Shown one piece after another: positions 20,359-30,043 of a stretch of 64,000 nt of DNA (within the stretch, counting starts at the first letter, position 1; each line of letters begins with the position of its first letter). The stretch lies in contig CALXVE010000001.1 in the NCBI GenBank assembly GCA_944391885.1, positions 173-64,172 of the forward strand. The letters run 5' to 3'. The notes under the pieces are model-generated. The model made no database searches, had not been told where the DNA came from, and was given only the letters and a program-made list of their open reading frames with translations. The translations under genes were made by a program, and so were the position numbers. Origin of the DNA: an uncultured Clostridia bacterium (GTDB lineage: Bacteria > Bacillota > Clostridia > TANB77 > CAG-508).

Positions 20359-22485
20359 ATGAGAAAAACATTAAGTATAGCACTAATTATTTTATTATTA
20401 TCAACAATATTTGTTTTCTATTTTGAAAAAAATTCTGAGGCTTCATATAGTTCTAAATTTGCAAATTATCCTGGGTATGAGGAATTAATAGAACATTTAC
20501 AAAAAGAATATCCAAACTGGGAATTTGAAATTTATGAAACAGGGCTTGACTGGTCAGATGTTTTAGAAGCAGAAACAGTAGCAAGGCATGGTAGAAGCTT
20601 AATTTCCAAAAAAAGTTCTTTATGGAATTGTGCAACTTGTGGAAGCAAACAGTATGAACCTGGGTGGTATTGTGCTTCTGTAGCAGCAGTTGCATACTAT
20701 TTAGACCCACGTAATTCCATATGTGAAGACTATATTTTCCAATTTGAACAATTAACATATGATTCTACAAATCAAACAAAAGAGGGCGTAGAAAAAATAT
20801 TGGCTGATTGTGATTATATGCAAGGAAAAATTACATATTATGATACAAAAGGTGCCAAAAAAACAATTAACAAAACATATATAGATGTTATTATGGAAGC
20901 TGCAAAAACCTATGATGTTAGCCCATATCACATTGCATCAAGAATTCGCCAAGAAATTGGAACAGGTAAGGGAAGTGTAATAGTTTCTGGTACATATGGC
21001 TCATATAAGGGATACTATAACTACTTTAACTGGGGAGCTTTTGGAGATGACATTATAGGAAGTGGATTAAAAACAGCCAAAGATAAAGGCTGGACAAACC
21101 CAGAAAAAGCTATTAAAGGTGGAGTAGAGGCAATTGCTAAAAACTATATTAGTATTGGACAAGACACTTTATATTTTCAAAAATTTGATGTAGTAGATGG
21201 TGGAGATGGATATTATGGCCACCAATACATGACAAATGTTTCTGCTAGCAAAACAGAGGGACAAACTGTAAGAAGTGCATATAAATCAATTGGACTTCTT
21301 TCAAAAGACATAAAAATTAAATTTAAAATTCCGGTATATAAAAATATGCCAACAATAAAAGCTGCAGAGCCTGGTAAAGAAACCATTATTACACAAGATG
21401 TGCAAATTAATGAAAACAGTGTAAATATTAGAAAAACTGCTAGCATAAGTGGAACAGTACTTAAGACACTTAATAAAGGAACAAAATTATTAAGAATTGA
21501 GTTAGCAGAGAAAAAAGATTCTGATGGATATTATTGGGATAAAGTAGTATTAAGTGATGGTTCAAAAGGCTATGTTTCAAGAACATATTTAACAGAACTT
21601 TCTCTTCAAAGTAATTGCAACGAAAAATATGTGGTGCTAAATGAAGTTGCTTTAAGAAATGGTCCAGGAACTTCAGGTACAGAGATTATAAAATATATAT
21701 CACCAGGAAAAATTGTTACAGCTGTAGAAAAAGGAAAATATCCAAACTTAAATGGAGAAAGTTGGTACCGTGTAAAACTTTCTGATGGAAGTTGTGGATA
21801 TGTGGCAATTGGAACTGAAAAAGACCCTAATATAGATTTATATGATGAGGCAAGTGGAAAATATGATTATGTAGAAGTAATATGCACAGATGGACTTAAC
21901 ATTAGGTCTAAGCCAACAACTAGTGGTAATAATGTTATAACTGCTGTAGTACAAGGAACAGAACTATTTAGAATACAAAAAGAAGCATCAAATGATGGCG
22001 GATATATTTGGGATAAAGTTGTTACACAATCTGGAATAGTAGGTTATGTAGTAAGGCAGGATAAAGAAACTGGAGAAGCTTGGATAAAATCTCTAAGTAC
22101 TGTAAAATATGTAGTTGAAGATGAAGAAGAAAATGTGGTTTGTGTTCCAGGGCTTACTGCAGAAGGGCTAAAAGCATTATCCGATAACATTGTAGTAAAA
22201 AATGGAGATAAGACCGTTGCAAAAGATGCTAAAATAGGTACAGGCCACACAATTACGATAGATGGTAAAACATACACAGCAGTAGTTAAGGGAGATGTAA
22301 AAGGAACAGGAACTGTTACAACTATAGATGCAGCGAGGGTATTAAAAAATGCCGCTAAGAAATATACATTAGAAGGTCCATATTTAGAAGCTGCAGAAGT
22401 AACGGGTGATGGTAAAGTAACAACAGTAGATGCAGCAAGAATTTTAAAAGCAGCAGCTGGAAAATACAATTTAGAAGTAGAATAA
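20359..22485 (+). CDS. Secreted N-acetylglucosaminidase (GH73) with four SH3b repeats and a C-terminal tandem type-I dockerin
   Basis: Signal peptide, then a glucosaminidase core (YNYFNWGAF...GQDTLYFQKFDV...HQYMTNV). SH3b repeats follow (NIRKTAS...GYYWDKVVLSDGSKGYV). The C-terminus carries dockerin repeats GDVKGTGTVTTIDAARVLK and TGDGKVTTVDAARILK. Confidence 0.8.
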   Translation: MRKTLSIALIILLLSTIFVFYFEKNSEASYSSKFANYPGYEELIEHLQKEYPNWEFEIYETGLDWSDVLEAETVARHGRSLISKKSSLWNCATCGSKQYEPGWYCASVAAVAYYLDPRNSICEDYIFQFEQLTYDSTNQTKEGVEKILADCDYMQGKITYYDTKGAKKTINKTYIDVIMEAAKTYDVSPYHIASRIRQEIGTGKGSVIVSGTYGSYKGYYNYFNWGAFGDDIIGSGLKTAKDKGWTNPEKAIKGGVEAIAKNYISIGQDTLYFQKFDVVDGGDGYYGHQYMTNVSASKTEGQTVRSAYKSIGLLSKDIKIKFKIPVYKNMPTIKAAEPGKETIITQDVQINENSVNIRKTASISGTVLKTLNKGTKLLRIELAEKKDSDGYYWDKVVLSDGSKGYVSRTYLTELSLQSNCNEKYVVLNEVALRNGPGTSGTEIIKYISPGKIVTAVEKGKYPNLNGESWYRVKLSDGSCGYVAIGTEKDPNIDLYDEASGKYDYVEVICTDGLNIRSKPTTSGNNVITAVVQGTELFRIQKEASNDGGYIWDKVVTQSGIVGYVVRQDKETGEAWIKSLSTVKYVVEDEEENVVCVPGLTAEGLKALSDNIVVKNGDKTVAKDAKIGTGHTITIDGKTYTAVVKGDVKGTGTVTTIDAARVLKNAAKKYTLEGPYLEAAEVTGDGKVTTVDAARILKAAAGKYNLEVE

Positions 22486-22510
22486 ATATAAATAAAGTGA
22501 GGAAAAAATA

Positions 22511-24145
22511 ATGAAAAAAAATACTATAAGAATAACAATATTTTTAATGGTTTTGATGTTAATGGTTACAGTGTTTTATTCAAAACCAGTTGAAGCAGTC
22601 AGCACAACACTAAGTGCAAGTAGTGCTACAGTAGAATCAGGAGAAAGCTTTTCTATAACGGTAAGTTCTTCATTAAGTTTATCTGCTTGGACTATTAATT
22701 TAACCAATAATGGTGGTTGCACTTTCACGAGTGCGTCTGGCGGAGAAATTACAGGTACTTCTGTTTATGGAACTAGTTTAAATGGCACAAAAACTCTTGC
22801 CACATATAAATTTAAGGCACCAAGTGTAACAAAAGATACTAAATATACAATTAGTTTTAGTGGAACAAGCATGGGAGATTCGACTGATGAGGTAAATCTA
22901 GTAGACGATGCAAGTTGTTCTGCTACTGTAACAGTAAAAGCTAAAAATACAAGTAGCTCTGGTGGTTCGAGTTCAAGTGGAAGCTCAGGCTCTTCATCAA
23001 GTGGTTCTAGCACAACTAAAAAACCAACATTTAAATCAGTTGATGATACAGTATATACAAAACAAGAGTGTAACTTACGTTCAAGTTGGTCAACAAGCAG
23101 TAGTGCTACTTCAGTACCAGCTGGAACAGAATTAAAACTAACAGGAACTTCAACTGAAAAAGATAACGATGGCAATACATGGTATCGTGTAACATATAAT
23201 GGAGCTACAAAATATATTGCAAGCTTTTTAATTACATATGATAAACCAGAAAAAGAGGAAGAAGAAGAAAAATCTAGCAACAAAAACCTTTCTTCATTAT
23301 CAATTGAAGGTGTTGAGATGACACCAGAATTTAAAAAAGAAACTACACAATATACTGCAACTGTAGATGGAGATGTAACAGAGCTTAAAATAGATGCAAA
23401 AGCAGAAGATAGTAAAGCAAAAGTAACTGTAGAAGGTAATGAAAATTTACAAGAAGGAGATAATGTTATAAAAGTTAAAGTAACAGCAGAAGATAATACA
23501 ACAAGAACATATTTTATTACTGTAAAAAAAGGTGAAGGAACAATAACAGATGATACTTTAAAACTATCAGCATTAACAATAGAAAGAGTAAACTTTGAAG
23601 GTGCATTTAGCCCAGATACATATACATATGAATTACCACTAAATACATTTGTAGATAGCCTTGAAATTACAGCAACTCCAAATCAAGCAGATGCAACAGT
23701 TGAGATTATAGGAAACAGCAATTTCCAAATCGGCGAAAATGTAGTAACTATATTATTAACTTCAGCAGATGGAACTGAAACAGCTACATACCAAATTAAA
23801 GTAAATATTGCAGAAGGTGCAACAGTAGAAGAGGAAGAAAGCGAATTAGGCATGCCTGTATATATTGGAATTGGAGTTGGAATTGCAATAGTTATTATTG
23901 CTATATATATTATCATCAAACGTAGAAGAGCAAAGAAAGATGAAGAGTTAGATGAAAATACAGATAACAGCGATGGCAATATAAATATTAATTTAATGTC
24001 AAGATATGAAACTGATGATGAAGAAATAAAAAGAAAACCAAAAAAAGAGAAAAAAGACGATAAATTGGATGACTTTATAAAAAATGATGAAGAAGAAAAA
24101 AACGAAGGCAAACCTAAGAAACCAAAAGGTAGACATTCAATGTAA
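22511..24145 (+). CDS. Type I membrane protein with N-terminal cohesin-like domain, SH3b, three cadherin-like beta-sandwich repeats and a C-terminal TM anchor
   Basis: Signal peptide, then a cohesin-like module (TLATYKFKA...ISFSG), an S/G linker, CLBS repeats ending TYFITVKK, a TM helix VYIGIGVGIAIVIIAIYIII, and a KRRRAKK plus acidic tail. Confidence 0.7.
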   Translation: MKKNTIRITIFLMVLMLMVTVFYSKPVEAVSTTLSASSATVESGESFSITVSSSLSLSAWTINLTNNGGCTFTSASGGEITGTSVYGTSLNGTKTLATYKFKAPSVTKDTKYTISFSGTSMGDSTDEVNLVDDASCSATVTVKAKNTSSSGGSSSSGSSGSSSSGSSTTKKPTFKSVDDTVYTKQECNLRSSWSTSSSATSVPAGTELKLTGTSTEKDNDGNTWYRVTYNGATKYIASFLITYDKPEKEEEEEKSSNKNLSSLSIEGVEMTPEFKKETTQYTATVDGDVTELKIDAKAEDSKAKVTVEGNENLQEGDNVIKVKVTAEDNTTRTYFITVKKGEGTITDDTLKLSALTIERVNFEGAFSPDTYTYELPLNTFVDSLEITATPNQADATVEIIGNSNFQIGENVVTILLTSADGTETATYQIKVNIAEGATVEEEESELGMPVYIGIGVGIAIVIIAIYIIIKRRRAKKDEELDENTDNSDGNININLMSRYETDDEEIKRKPKKEKKDDKLDDFIKNDEEEKNEGKPKKPKGRHSM

Positions 24146-24156
24146 TATATTTAAAA

Positions 24157-24188
24157 CGTTAGCGATTTTGCTAACGTTTTTTCTTGCA
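24157..24188 (+). terminator. Rho-independent terminator
   Basis: Hairpin AAACGTTAGC-GATTTT-GCTAACGTTT followed by TTTCTT. Confidence 0.75.
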
Positions 24189-24310
24189 CATGGAAAAATT
24201 AAAATTTTTTGATTTTGTTAATTCCTGGCTTTTTCATAACAAATTTTTGCCCAATAATATTTATATATTTTATATTTCACTGACATAAAATATATAAAGG
24301 GGGAAAATAT

Positions 24311-25174
24311 ATGATAAGATTTACAAAAATGCAGGGATTGGGAAATGATTATATATATATTAATAACATCACTAACAATATTAAAGAAACTTCAAAATTG
24401 GCTAAAATTATGAGTGATAGACATTTTGGTGTAGGAGGCAATGGGATAATTTTAATAGAAAAAAGTAATATTGCCGATTTTAAAATGAAAATGTTTAATC
24501 AAGATGGAAGTGAAGCTGAAATGTGTGGTAATGGAATTAGGTGCGTTGGAAAGTTTGTATATGATAAAGGATTAACTAATAAAACTAATATTAGCATAGA
24601 AACTTTGGCAGGCATAAAAAAATTAAGATTAAATATTTTAAATAAAAAAGTAAATACAGTTGAAGTAGACATGGGAGAGCCGATTTTAGAAGCTAGTAAA
24701 ATACCGGTGTTATCAGATGCATGTCCTATTAAAAACCTAAAAATCAATGCAAACGGCAAAGACTTTATATTTACATGTGTATCAATGGGGAACCCTCATG
24801 CAATAACTATTGTAAAGAATATAGATAATTTTAACGTTGAAGAATATGGAAAATTAATAGAACATAATAAACTATTTCCTCAAAAAACTAATGTTGAGTT
24901 TATAGAAATTATAGACAGACATAACATAAAAATGAGAGTATGGGAAAGAGGAACAGGTGAAACTCTAGCATGCGGAACAGGAGCTTGTGCTTCGGTTGTA
25001 GCTTGCAATTTAAATGGATTAATTGATAACAAAGCAAATGTTAAATTACTAGGTGGAAAACTAGAAGTAACTTGGGATAAAGAAAATAATCATGTGTATA
25101 TGATTGGTCCTGCAGTTACTGTGTTTGAAGGGACGTGTTTTTCTAAGTATCATCTAAGCCATAATAACCTATAA
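24311..25174 (+). CDS. dapF: Diaminopimelate epimerase
   Basis: [12 protein letters not shown]-terminus and both catalytic Cys motifs ([15 protein letters not shown]). Confidence 0.9.
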   Translation: MIRFTKMQGLGNDYIYINNITNNIKETSKLAKIMSDRHFGVGGNGIILIEKSNIADFKMKMFNQDGSEAEMCGNGIRCVGKFVYDKGLTNKTNISIETLAGIKKLRLNILNKKVNTVEVDMGEPILEASKIPVLSDACPIKNLKINANGKDFIFTCVSMGNPHAITIVKNIDNFNVEEYGKLIEHNKLFPQKTNVEFIEIIDRHNIKMRVWERGTGETLACGTGACASVVACNLNGLIDNKANVKLLGGKLEVTWDKENNHVYMIGPAVTVFEGTCFSKYHLSHNNL

Positions 25175-25261
25175 GCAAACATTAAATAGCTTGATTTAAG
25201 TAAAAAAATGAGATATAATTTAAACATAAAAATAAATGAATTAAATAGGAAGTGACAAACA

Positions 25262-26171
25262 ATGGATAAACAACAAAATTCGGTTAATATCAACTGGTAT
25301 CCTCGGGCATATGGCTAAGACAAAAAGGCAAATTATAGAAGATTTAAAATTGATAGATATTGTAGCAGAAATTATTGACAGTCGCATACCAATATCTAGC
25401 CAGAATCCAGATATAAAAGAAATAATAAAAGATAAAAAAAGACTTATTATATTAAATAAGTCTGATTTGGCATGTGAAAAAGAAAACAAAAAGTGGGTAA
25501 CATATTTTGAAAATAATAATATTTCAGCTGTATTAGTTGATTCTGCTACAGGCAAAGGAATTAAAGATGCAATTAATGAAATAAATGAGATTTATGATAA
25601 AGAAAAATATGAGGAAAAAGGCAGGATAGGGAAATCTATAAGAATAATGATATTAGGAATTCCAAATGTGGGTAAATCTTCGTTTATAAACAGAATTGCA
25701 AAAAAAAATACGGCACAAGTTGGAAACAAACCAGGAGTAACAAGACAAAAACAATGGATACATGTATCAGATAAAATAGAATTGCTAGATACGCCGGGAG
25801 TGTTATGGCCAAAATTAGATAATGAAAAAATTGCTTTAAATTTAGCATATACTGGAACTATAAAAAATGATATATTGTCAATAACAGATATTGGTTATGA
25901 ATTTTTAAAATTATTTCAAAAAAGATATTTAGAAAATTTAAAACAAAGATATAAACTTAACGAAGATGAAATAAATGATATTTTACAAATTGAAGAACAA
26001 AGAGAAAAAACATTAGCATTAATGGCTTTAATAGCAAAAAAACGTGGAGCAATAATATCCGGCGGAGAAATTGACTATGAAAGAGTTGCAAATATTTTAT
26101 TAGAAGATTTTAAAAATGGAAAATTAGGGAGAATTACATTGGAGACAGTTGGGGACGGGTCTCAGAGGTGA
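25262..26171 (+). CDS. rbgA: Ribosome biogenesis GTPase A (RbgA/YlqF) with an apparent +1 frameshift after codon 14
   Basis: The ATG at 25262 has an AGGAAG RBS and encodes MDKQQNSVNINWYP. The conserved WYPGHMAK segment is split by an extra C at about 25304 (cctCggg). The rest (25311-26171) is intact, with DSRIP, GxPNVGKSS and DTPG motifs. Confidence 0.8.
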
Positions 26172-26195
26172 AAATTTGCTACTTAGGGACAGGTC
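26149..26195. repeat. GGGAC-box intergenic repeat (TTGGGGACGGGTCTCAG ... TAGGGACAGGT)
   Basis: It overlaps the 3' end of rbgA. The same boxes occur at 11252 and 40496. Confidence 0.5.
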
Positions 26196-26212
26196 ATTAA
26201 ATTAATTTAGAA

Positions 26213-26614
26213 ATGGTAGGAGAATATAAATTGGACATATTTGATAGAACTAGGAATGTAGAAGAAGTAAAACAATTATCACCATTAACATGGGCATATG
26301 TAGGAGATGCAGTATATGAACTATATATTAGGACATATTTAATAAACACTACAAAGTTAAAACCGCATGAACTACATTTAAAATCAATAAAATATGTAAA
26401 AGCTAAAGCACAAGCAGAGATACTAGAAAAAATAGCAGAAATGTTAACAGAACAAGAAAAAGATATTCTTAGAAGAGGAAGGAATACAAAAGTAAATCAT
26501 AATGCTAAAAATGCAACTGTACAAGAATATATGTATGCAACAGCATTTGAAGCATTAATAGGATATTTGTATTTAACAAAGCAAGAAAAAAGGTTGGGAG
26601 AAATTTTTCGGTGA
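26213..26614 (+). CDS. mrnC: Mini-ribonuclease III (Mini-III / MrnC)
   Basis: RNase III signature AYVGDAVYELYIR in a 133-aa protein. Confidence 0.8.
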   Translation: MVGEYKLDIFDRTRNVEEVKQLSPLTWAYVGDAVYELYIRTYLINTTKLKPHELHLKSIKYVKAKAQAEILEKIAEMLTEQEKDILRRGRNTKVNHNAKNATVQEYMYATAFEALIGYLYLTKQEKRLGEIFR

Positions 26615-26645
26615 AATTTTGAAATAGAAAAACACCCAAAACTGT

Positions 26646-26674
26646 TGACAAAATCTTTTAAAACTAGTATAATT
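26646..26674 (+). promoter_or_regulatory. Consensus sigma-A promoter of rpmF
   Basis: TTGACA, a 17-nt spacer, then TATAAT, about 70 nt upstream of rpmF. Confidence 0.7.
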
Positions 26675-26743
26675 TTATAGTACTATTTTTAATAAGTAAG
26701 ATATATAAAGTTATATAAGTAACAGTCAAGGGAGGGAAGCACA

Positions 26744-26926
26744 ATGGCACAACCAAAAAGAAGATGGTCAAAAGCAAGAACACATTCAAAAAGATCTACA
26801 TGGAAATTGGAAAATCAAAATTTAGTTGATTGCCCACATTGCCATGAAAAAATAATGCAACACAGAGTATGCCCAAATTGTGGATATTATGATGGAAAAG
26901 AAGTAGTTGCAAAATCTGAAGAATAA
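26744..26926 (+). CDS. rpmF: 50S ribosomal protein L32
   Basis: MAQPKRRWSKARTHSKR followed by a CPHC...CPNCG zinc ribbon. Confidence 0.9.
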   Translation: MAQPKRRWSKARTHSKRSTWKLENQNLVDCPHCHEKIMQHRVCPNCGYYDGKEVVAKSEE

Positions 26927-26937
26927 AATATTATGTA

Positions 26938-26971
26938 GAAAGATAAAAAATTATCTTTCTATTTTTTTTGC
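26938..26971 (+). terminator. Rho-independent terminator of rpmF
   Basis: Hairpin AGAAAGATAA-AAAAT-TATCTTTCT followed by a run of eight T. Confidence 0.8.
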
Positions 26972-27066
26972 CTACAAACTTAAATAAATTTGCTAATTTA
27001 ATTGACTTTTTAATAGTTAAAACATATAATCTATCTATCAAAAACTAAAAACAAGGAGTTAACAAT

Positions 27067-28896
27067 ATGTGTGGATTTGTAGGATATGTTAATAAAAAAA
27101 ATAAAGACAAAGACATAATAAGCCAAATGGGAGATAAAATAAAACACCGTGGTCCTGATAGTGAAGGGTTATATACAGATGATGAACTTCACATGGCTTT
27201 TAGAAGACTAAGCATTATAGATTTAAAAGGTGGAGACCAGCCGATATATAACGAAAATAAAAATTTAGTTATAATGTTCAATGGAGAAATATATAATTTT
27301 CAAGAGCTAAGAGAAGATTTAGAGAAAAAAGGACATACATTTTCAACAAAAACCGATACGGAAGTCATATTACACGGCTACGAAGAATACAAGGAGAAAA
27401 TTTTAGATAAACTAAGAGGAATGTATGCATTTGTAATATACGATACTGTAGAAAAAGAATTATTTGCTGCAAGAGATATTTTTGGGATTAAGCCATTTTA
27501 TTATGCAAATATGAACGAAACCTTTTTCTTTGGCTCTGAGATTAAAGCTTTTTTACCAAACCCAGATTTTAAAAAAGAACTAAACAAACAAGCATTAAAA
27601 ACATATTTGACATTTCAGTATAACCCAATGGAAGAAACATTTTTTAAAGGAGTATATAAATTAAAACCAGGGCATTGCTTATTATATAAAGAAGGAAATC
27701 TAACAGTAAAACCATATTTTAATTTGGAATTCAAACCAACTAAAGAAAAAATAAAAGAAGAAGACATTGTTAACAAAATTAATGAAGAAGTAATTAGCAG
27801 TGTAGAAAAGCACAAAATTAGTGATGTTAAAGTTGGAGCATTTTTAAGTGCTGGAATAGATTCTTCATATATTGTTTCAATATTAAAACCAAATGAGACT
27901 TTTACAGTTGGATTTGAACAAAATGGATTTAATGAAATACAGCCAGCAAAAGATTTAAGCAAATTACTTGGCATTGAAAATGATAACAAAGTTATTAGTG
28001 CAGATGAATTTTTTGAGGCACTGCCAGAAGTGCAATACCACTCAGATGAACCACATGCAAATTTATCAGCTGTACCACTATATTTCTTAAGTGAATTATC
28101 AAGAAAAGAAGTTACTGTTGTATTATCTGGTGAGGGGGCAGATGAATTATTTGGTGGATATCAAACATATCCAGAAAGTGAGATAATAAAATTATACCGT
28201 CATTTGCCTAAAGCATTACGCCATTTTAATGCTAAAATTGCAGAAAAACTTCCAGATATAAGAGGTAAACAATTCTTTATTAGAGGGGCAGAAACTGTAG
28301 AAGAAAGCTATATAGGACAAGCCAAAGTATTTACAGATGAGGAAGCAAATGAAATAGTAAAAGATGAATACAAAACAGATATAAAGGCCTGTGATATTAC
28401 TAGACCATATTTTGATAATGTAAAAGATTTAGATGACATTACGAAAAAACAATATATTGATATGTTTTTATGGCTTCCAAATGATATTTTACTAAAAGCA
28501 GACAAAATGACAATGGCACACTCTTTAGAACTTAGAGTTCCATATTTGGATAAAGAAGTACTAAAACTAGCTTTGACACTACCTAAAAAATATAAAGTAA
28601 AAAATAAAATAGGAAAATATGCCTTAAGGAGAGCTGCTGCTAAAAAAATTCCACAAGAGTGGTTTAATAGACCAAAATTAGGCTTTTTAGTGCCATTCAA
28701 GGACTTTCTAAAACAAGAAAAATATTATAACATTGTAAAAAAAGAATTTGAAGCAGATTATGCAAAAGAATTTTTTAACACTGATGAACTAATAGAAATG
28801 CTTGATAAGCATTATAATGGAATAGAACAAACACACCGCAAAATATACACAGCATATTCGTTCTTGCTATGGTATAAAGAGTATTTTATAGCTTAG
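27067..28896 (+). CDS. asnB: Asparagine synthase (glutamine-hydrolysing)
   Basis: MCGFVGY N-terminal nucleophile and SGGIDSS PP-loop in a 609-aa protein. Confidence 0.9.
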   Translation: MCGFVGYVNKKNKDKDIISQMGDKIKHRGPDSEGLYTDDELHMAFRRLSIIDLKGGDQPIYNENKNLVIMFNGEIYNFQELREDLEKKGHTFSTKTDTEVILHGYEEYKEKILDKLRGMYAFVIYDTVEKELFAARDIFGIKPFYYANMNETFFFGSEIKAFLPNPDFKKELNKQALKTYLTFQYNPMEETFFKGVYKLKPGHCLLYKEGNLTVKPYFNLEFKPTKEKIKEEDIVNKINEEVISSVEKHKISDVKVGAFLSAGIDSSYIVSILKPNETFTVGFEQNGFNEIQPAKDLSKLLGIENDNKVISADEFFEALPEVQYHSDEPHANLSAVPLYFLSELSRKEVTVVLSGEGADELFGGYQTYPESEIIKLYRHLPKALRHFNAKIAEKLPDIRGKQFFIRGAETVEESYIGQAKVFTDEEANEIVKDEYKTDIKACDITRPYFDNVKDLDDITKKQYIDMFLWLPNDILLKADKMTMAHSLELRVPYLDKEVLKLALTLPKKYKVKNKIGKYALRRAAAKKIPQEWFNRPKLGFLVPFKDFLKQEKYYNIVKKEFEADYAKEFFNTDELIEMLDKHYNGIEQTHRKIYTAYSFLLWYKEYFIA

Positions 28897-28970
28897 CATA
28901 GAAAGCAATATTAAAACCAAGATGAAAATAAAAAGTCATTTTAGTTTTTTGTAATTTTGTGTCGAATTTT

Positions 28971-28999
28971 GTTGACATATGAAGAAGTATTGAATATAA
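28971..28999 (+). promoter_or_regulatory. Consensus sigma-A promoter upstream of the surface-protein genes
   Basis: TTGACA, a 17-nt spacer, then TATAAT. Confidence 0.6.
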
Positions 29000-29069
29000 T
29001 AGGTGTGGATTTGAAAAAAATTCAATTAAATACAAATTTCAATTTTAGATTGGAAGGGGGTGAACAATT

Positions 29070-30020
29070 ATGCAGAAGAATAGAAAGGCAATTATTGTTG
29101 CTGTAGTTATTGTTTTACTCCTTATTATTTTTGCCGTTATTTTCATACTTTCTAATCAAAAATATACAGTAACTTTTGATTCTAAAGGTGGAACATTAGT
29201 TGAAGCACAAGAAGTAAAGAAAAATGAAACAGCTACGGAACCTGCTGACCCAACAAGAGAAGGATATATTTTCTTGGGATGGTATACTAGCGAAACAAGT
29301 ACTGTAGAATATGATTTCGATACAAAAGTAGTAGAAGATATCACATTAATTGCAAAATGGGGACAAATTGGAGAAATTACTGATATTTCTATAGACTTAA
29401 AAGAAACAGAGCTAACAGTTGATGATGAAGTTTTATTATCAGCAATTGTTATGGCTGGTGATAAAGAAGTAGAAGATGCAGAATTAGTTTGGTCTTCAAG
29501 TGATGAAACAATTGCTACTGTTGATGAAAGTGGAAAATTAACAGCATTAAAGGCTGGCACAGTAACAATTACAGTTACAGCAAATGGAAGCATTAGAGCA
29601 GAAATTGAAATTACAATTAACGAAAAAGAAGATGAAAAAGACGAGGAAGAAGATAAGGAATCTACTACAAATACAGCTTCTGGAAATACAAGTACAAAGC
29701 CAAGTAAACCAAGCACTGGTGGTTCTAGCAAACCAGAAGAAAAGCCGGAAGAAGATAAACCAACAGAGCCAGAAAAACCAGAAGAAGAGGAACCAACAGA
29801 GCCAGAAGTAACTTATAGTTATTTATGGGAAAAAATAGGTGAGAGTACAGCTAATCAATATATCTTATACATTGTAAGTTCAGAAGGACAAAAAGTATCT
29901 GGAACAGCTACTGTTACTACAGTGGGTGGAGCTCGAGAAACAATATCAATTCCAGCAACTGGAAGAAACGATTTAATAAAAGATATAGTATCTAGTATAA
30001 CTAACATTAAAGCAAGTTAG
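29070..30020 (+). CDS. Membrane-anchored surface protein with a Listeria-Bacteroides repeat (Flg_new), a Big_2 domain and a PE-rich linker
   Basis: N-terminal TM helix, YTVTFDSKGG...GYIFLGWYT...AKWG repeat, Big_2 motif (VTITVTANG), then a PEEKPEEDKPTEPEKPEEEEPTEPE linker. Confidence 0.65.
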   Translation: MQKNRKAIIVAVVIVLLLIIFAVIFILSNQKYTVTFDSKGGTLVEAQEVKKNETATEPADPTREGYIFLGWYTSETSTVEYDFDTKVVEDITLIAKWGQIGEITDISIDLKETELTVDDEVLLSAIVMAGDKEVEDAELVWSSSDETIATVDESGKLTALKAGTVTITVTANGSIRAEIEITINEKEDEKDEEEDKESTTNTASGNTSTKPSKPSTGGSSKPEEKPEEDKPTEPEKPEEEEPTEPEVTYSYLWEKIGESTANQYILYIVSSEGQKVSGTATVTTVGGARETISIPATGRNDLIKDIVSSITNIKAS

Positions 30021-30043
30021 AAAAAAGGAAAGGATTTAAAATT

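Noticed and set aside
29584-29811. 75-aa K/Q-rich ORF and repetitive DNA (possible CRISPR-like periodicity)
   Set aside because: It is an alternative frame of the PEEKPEE linker-coding repeats within the surface-protein gene. It has no direct repeats with unique spacers, so it is not a CRISPR array.
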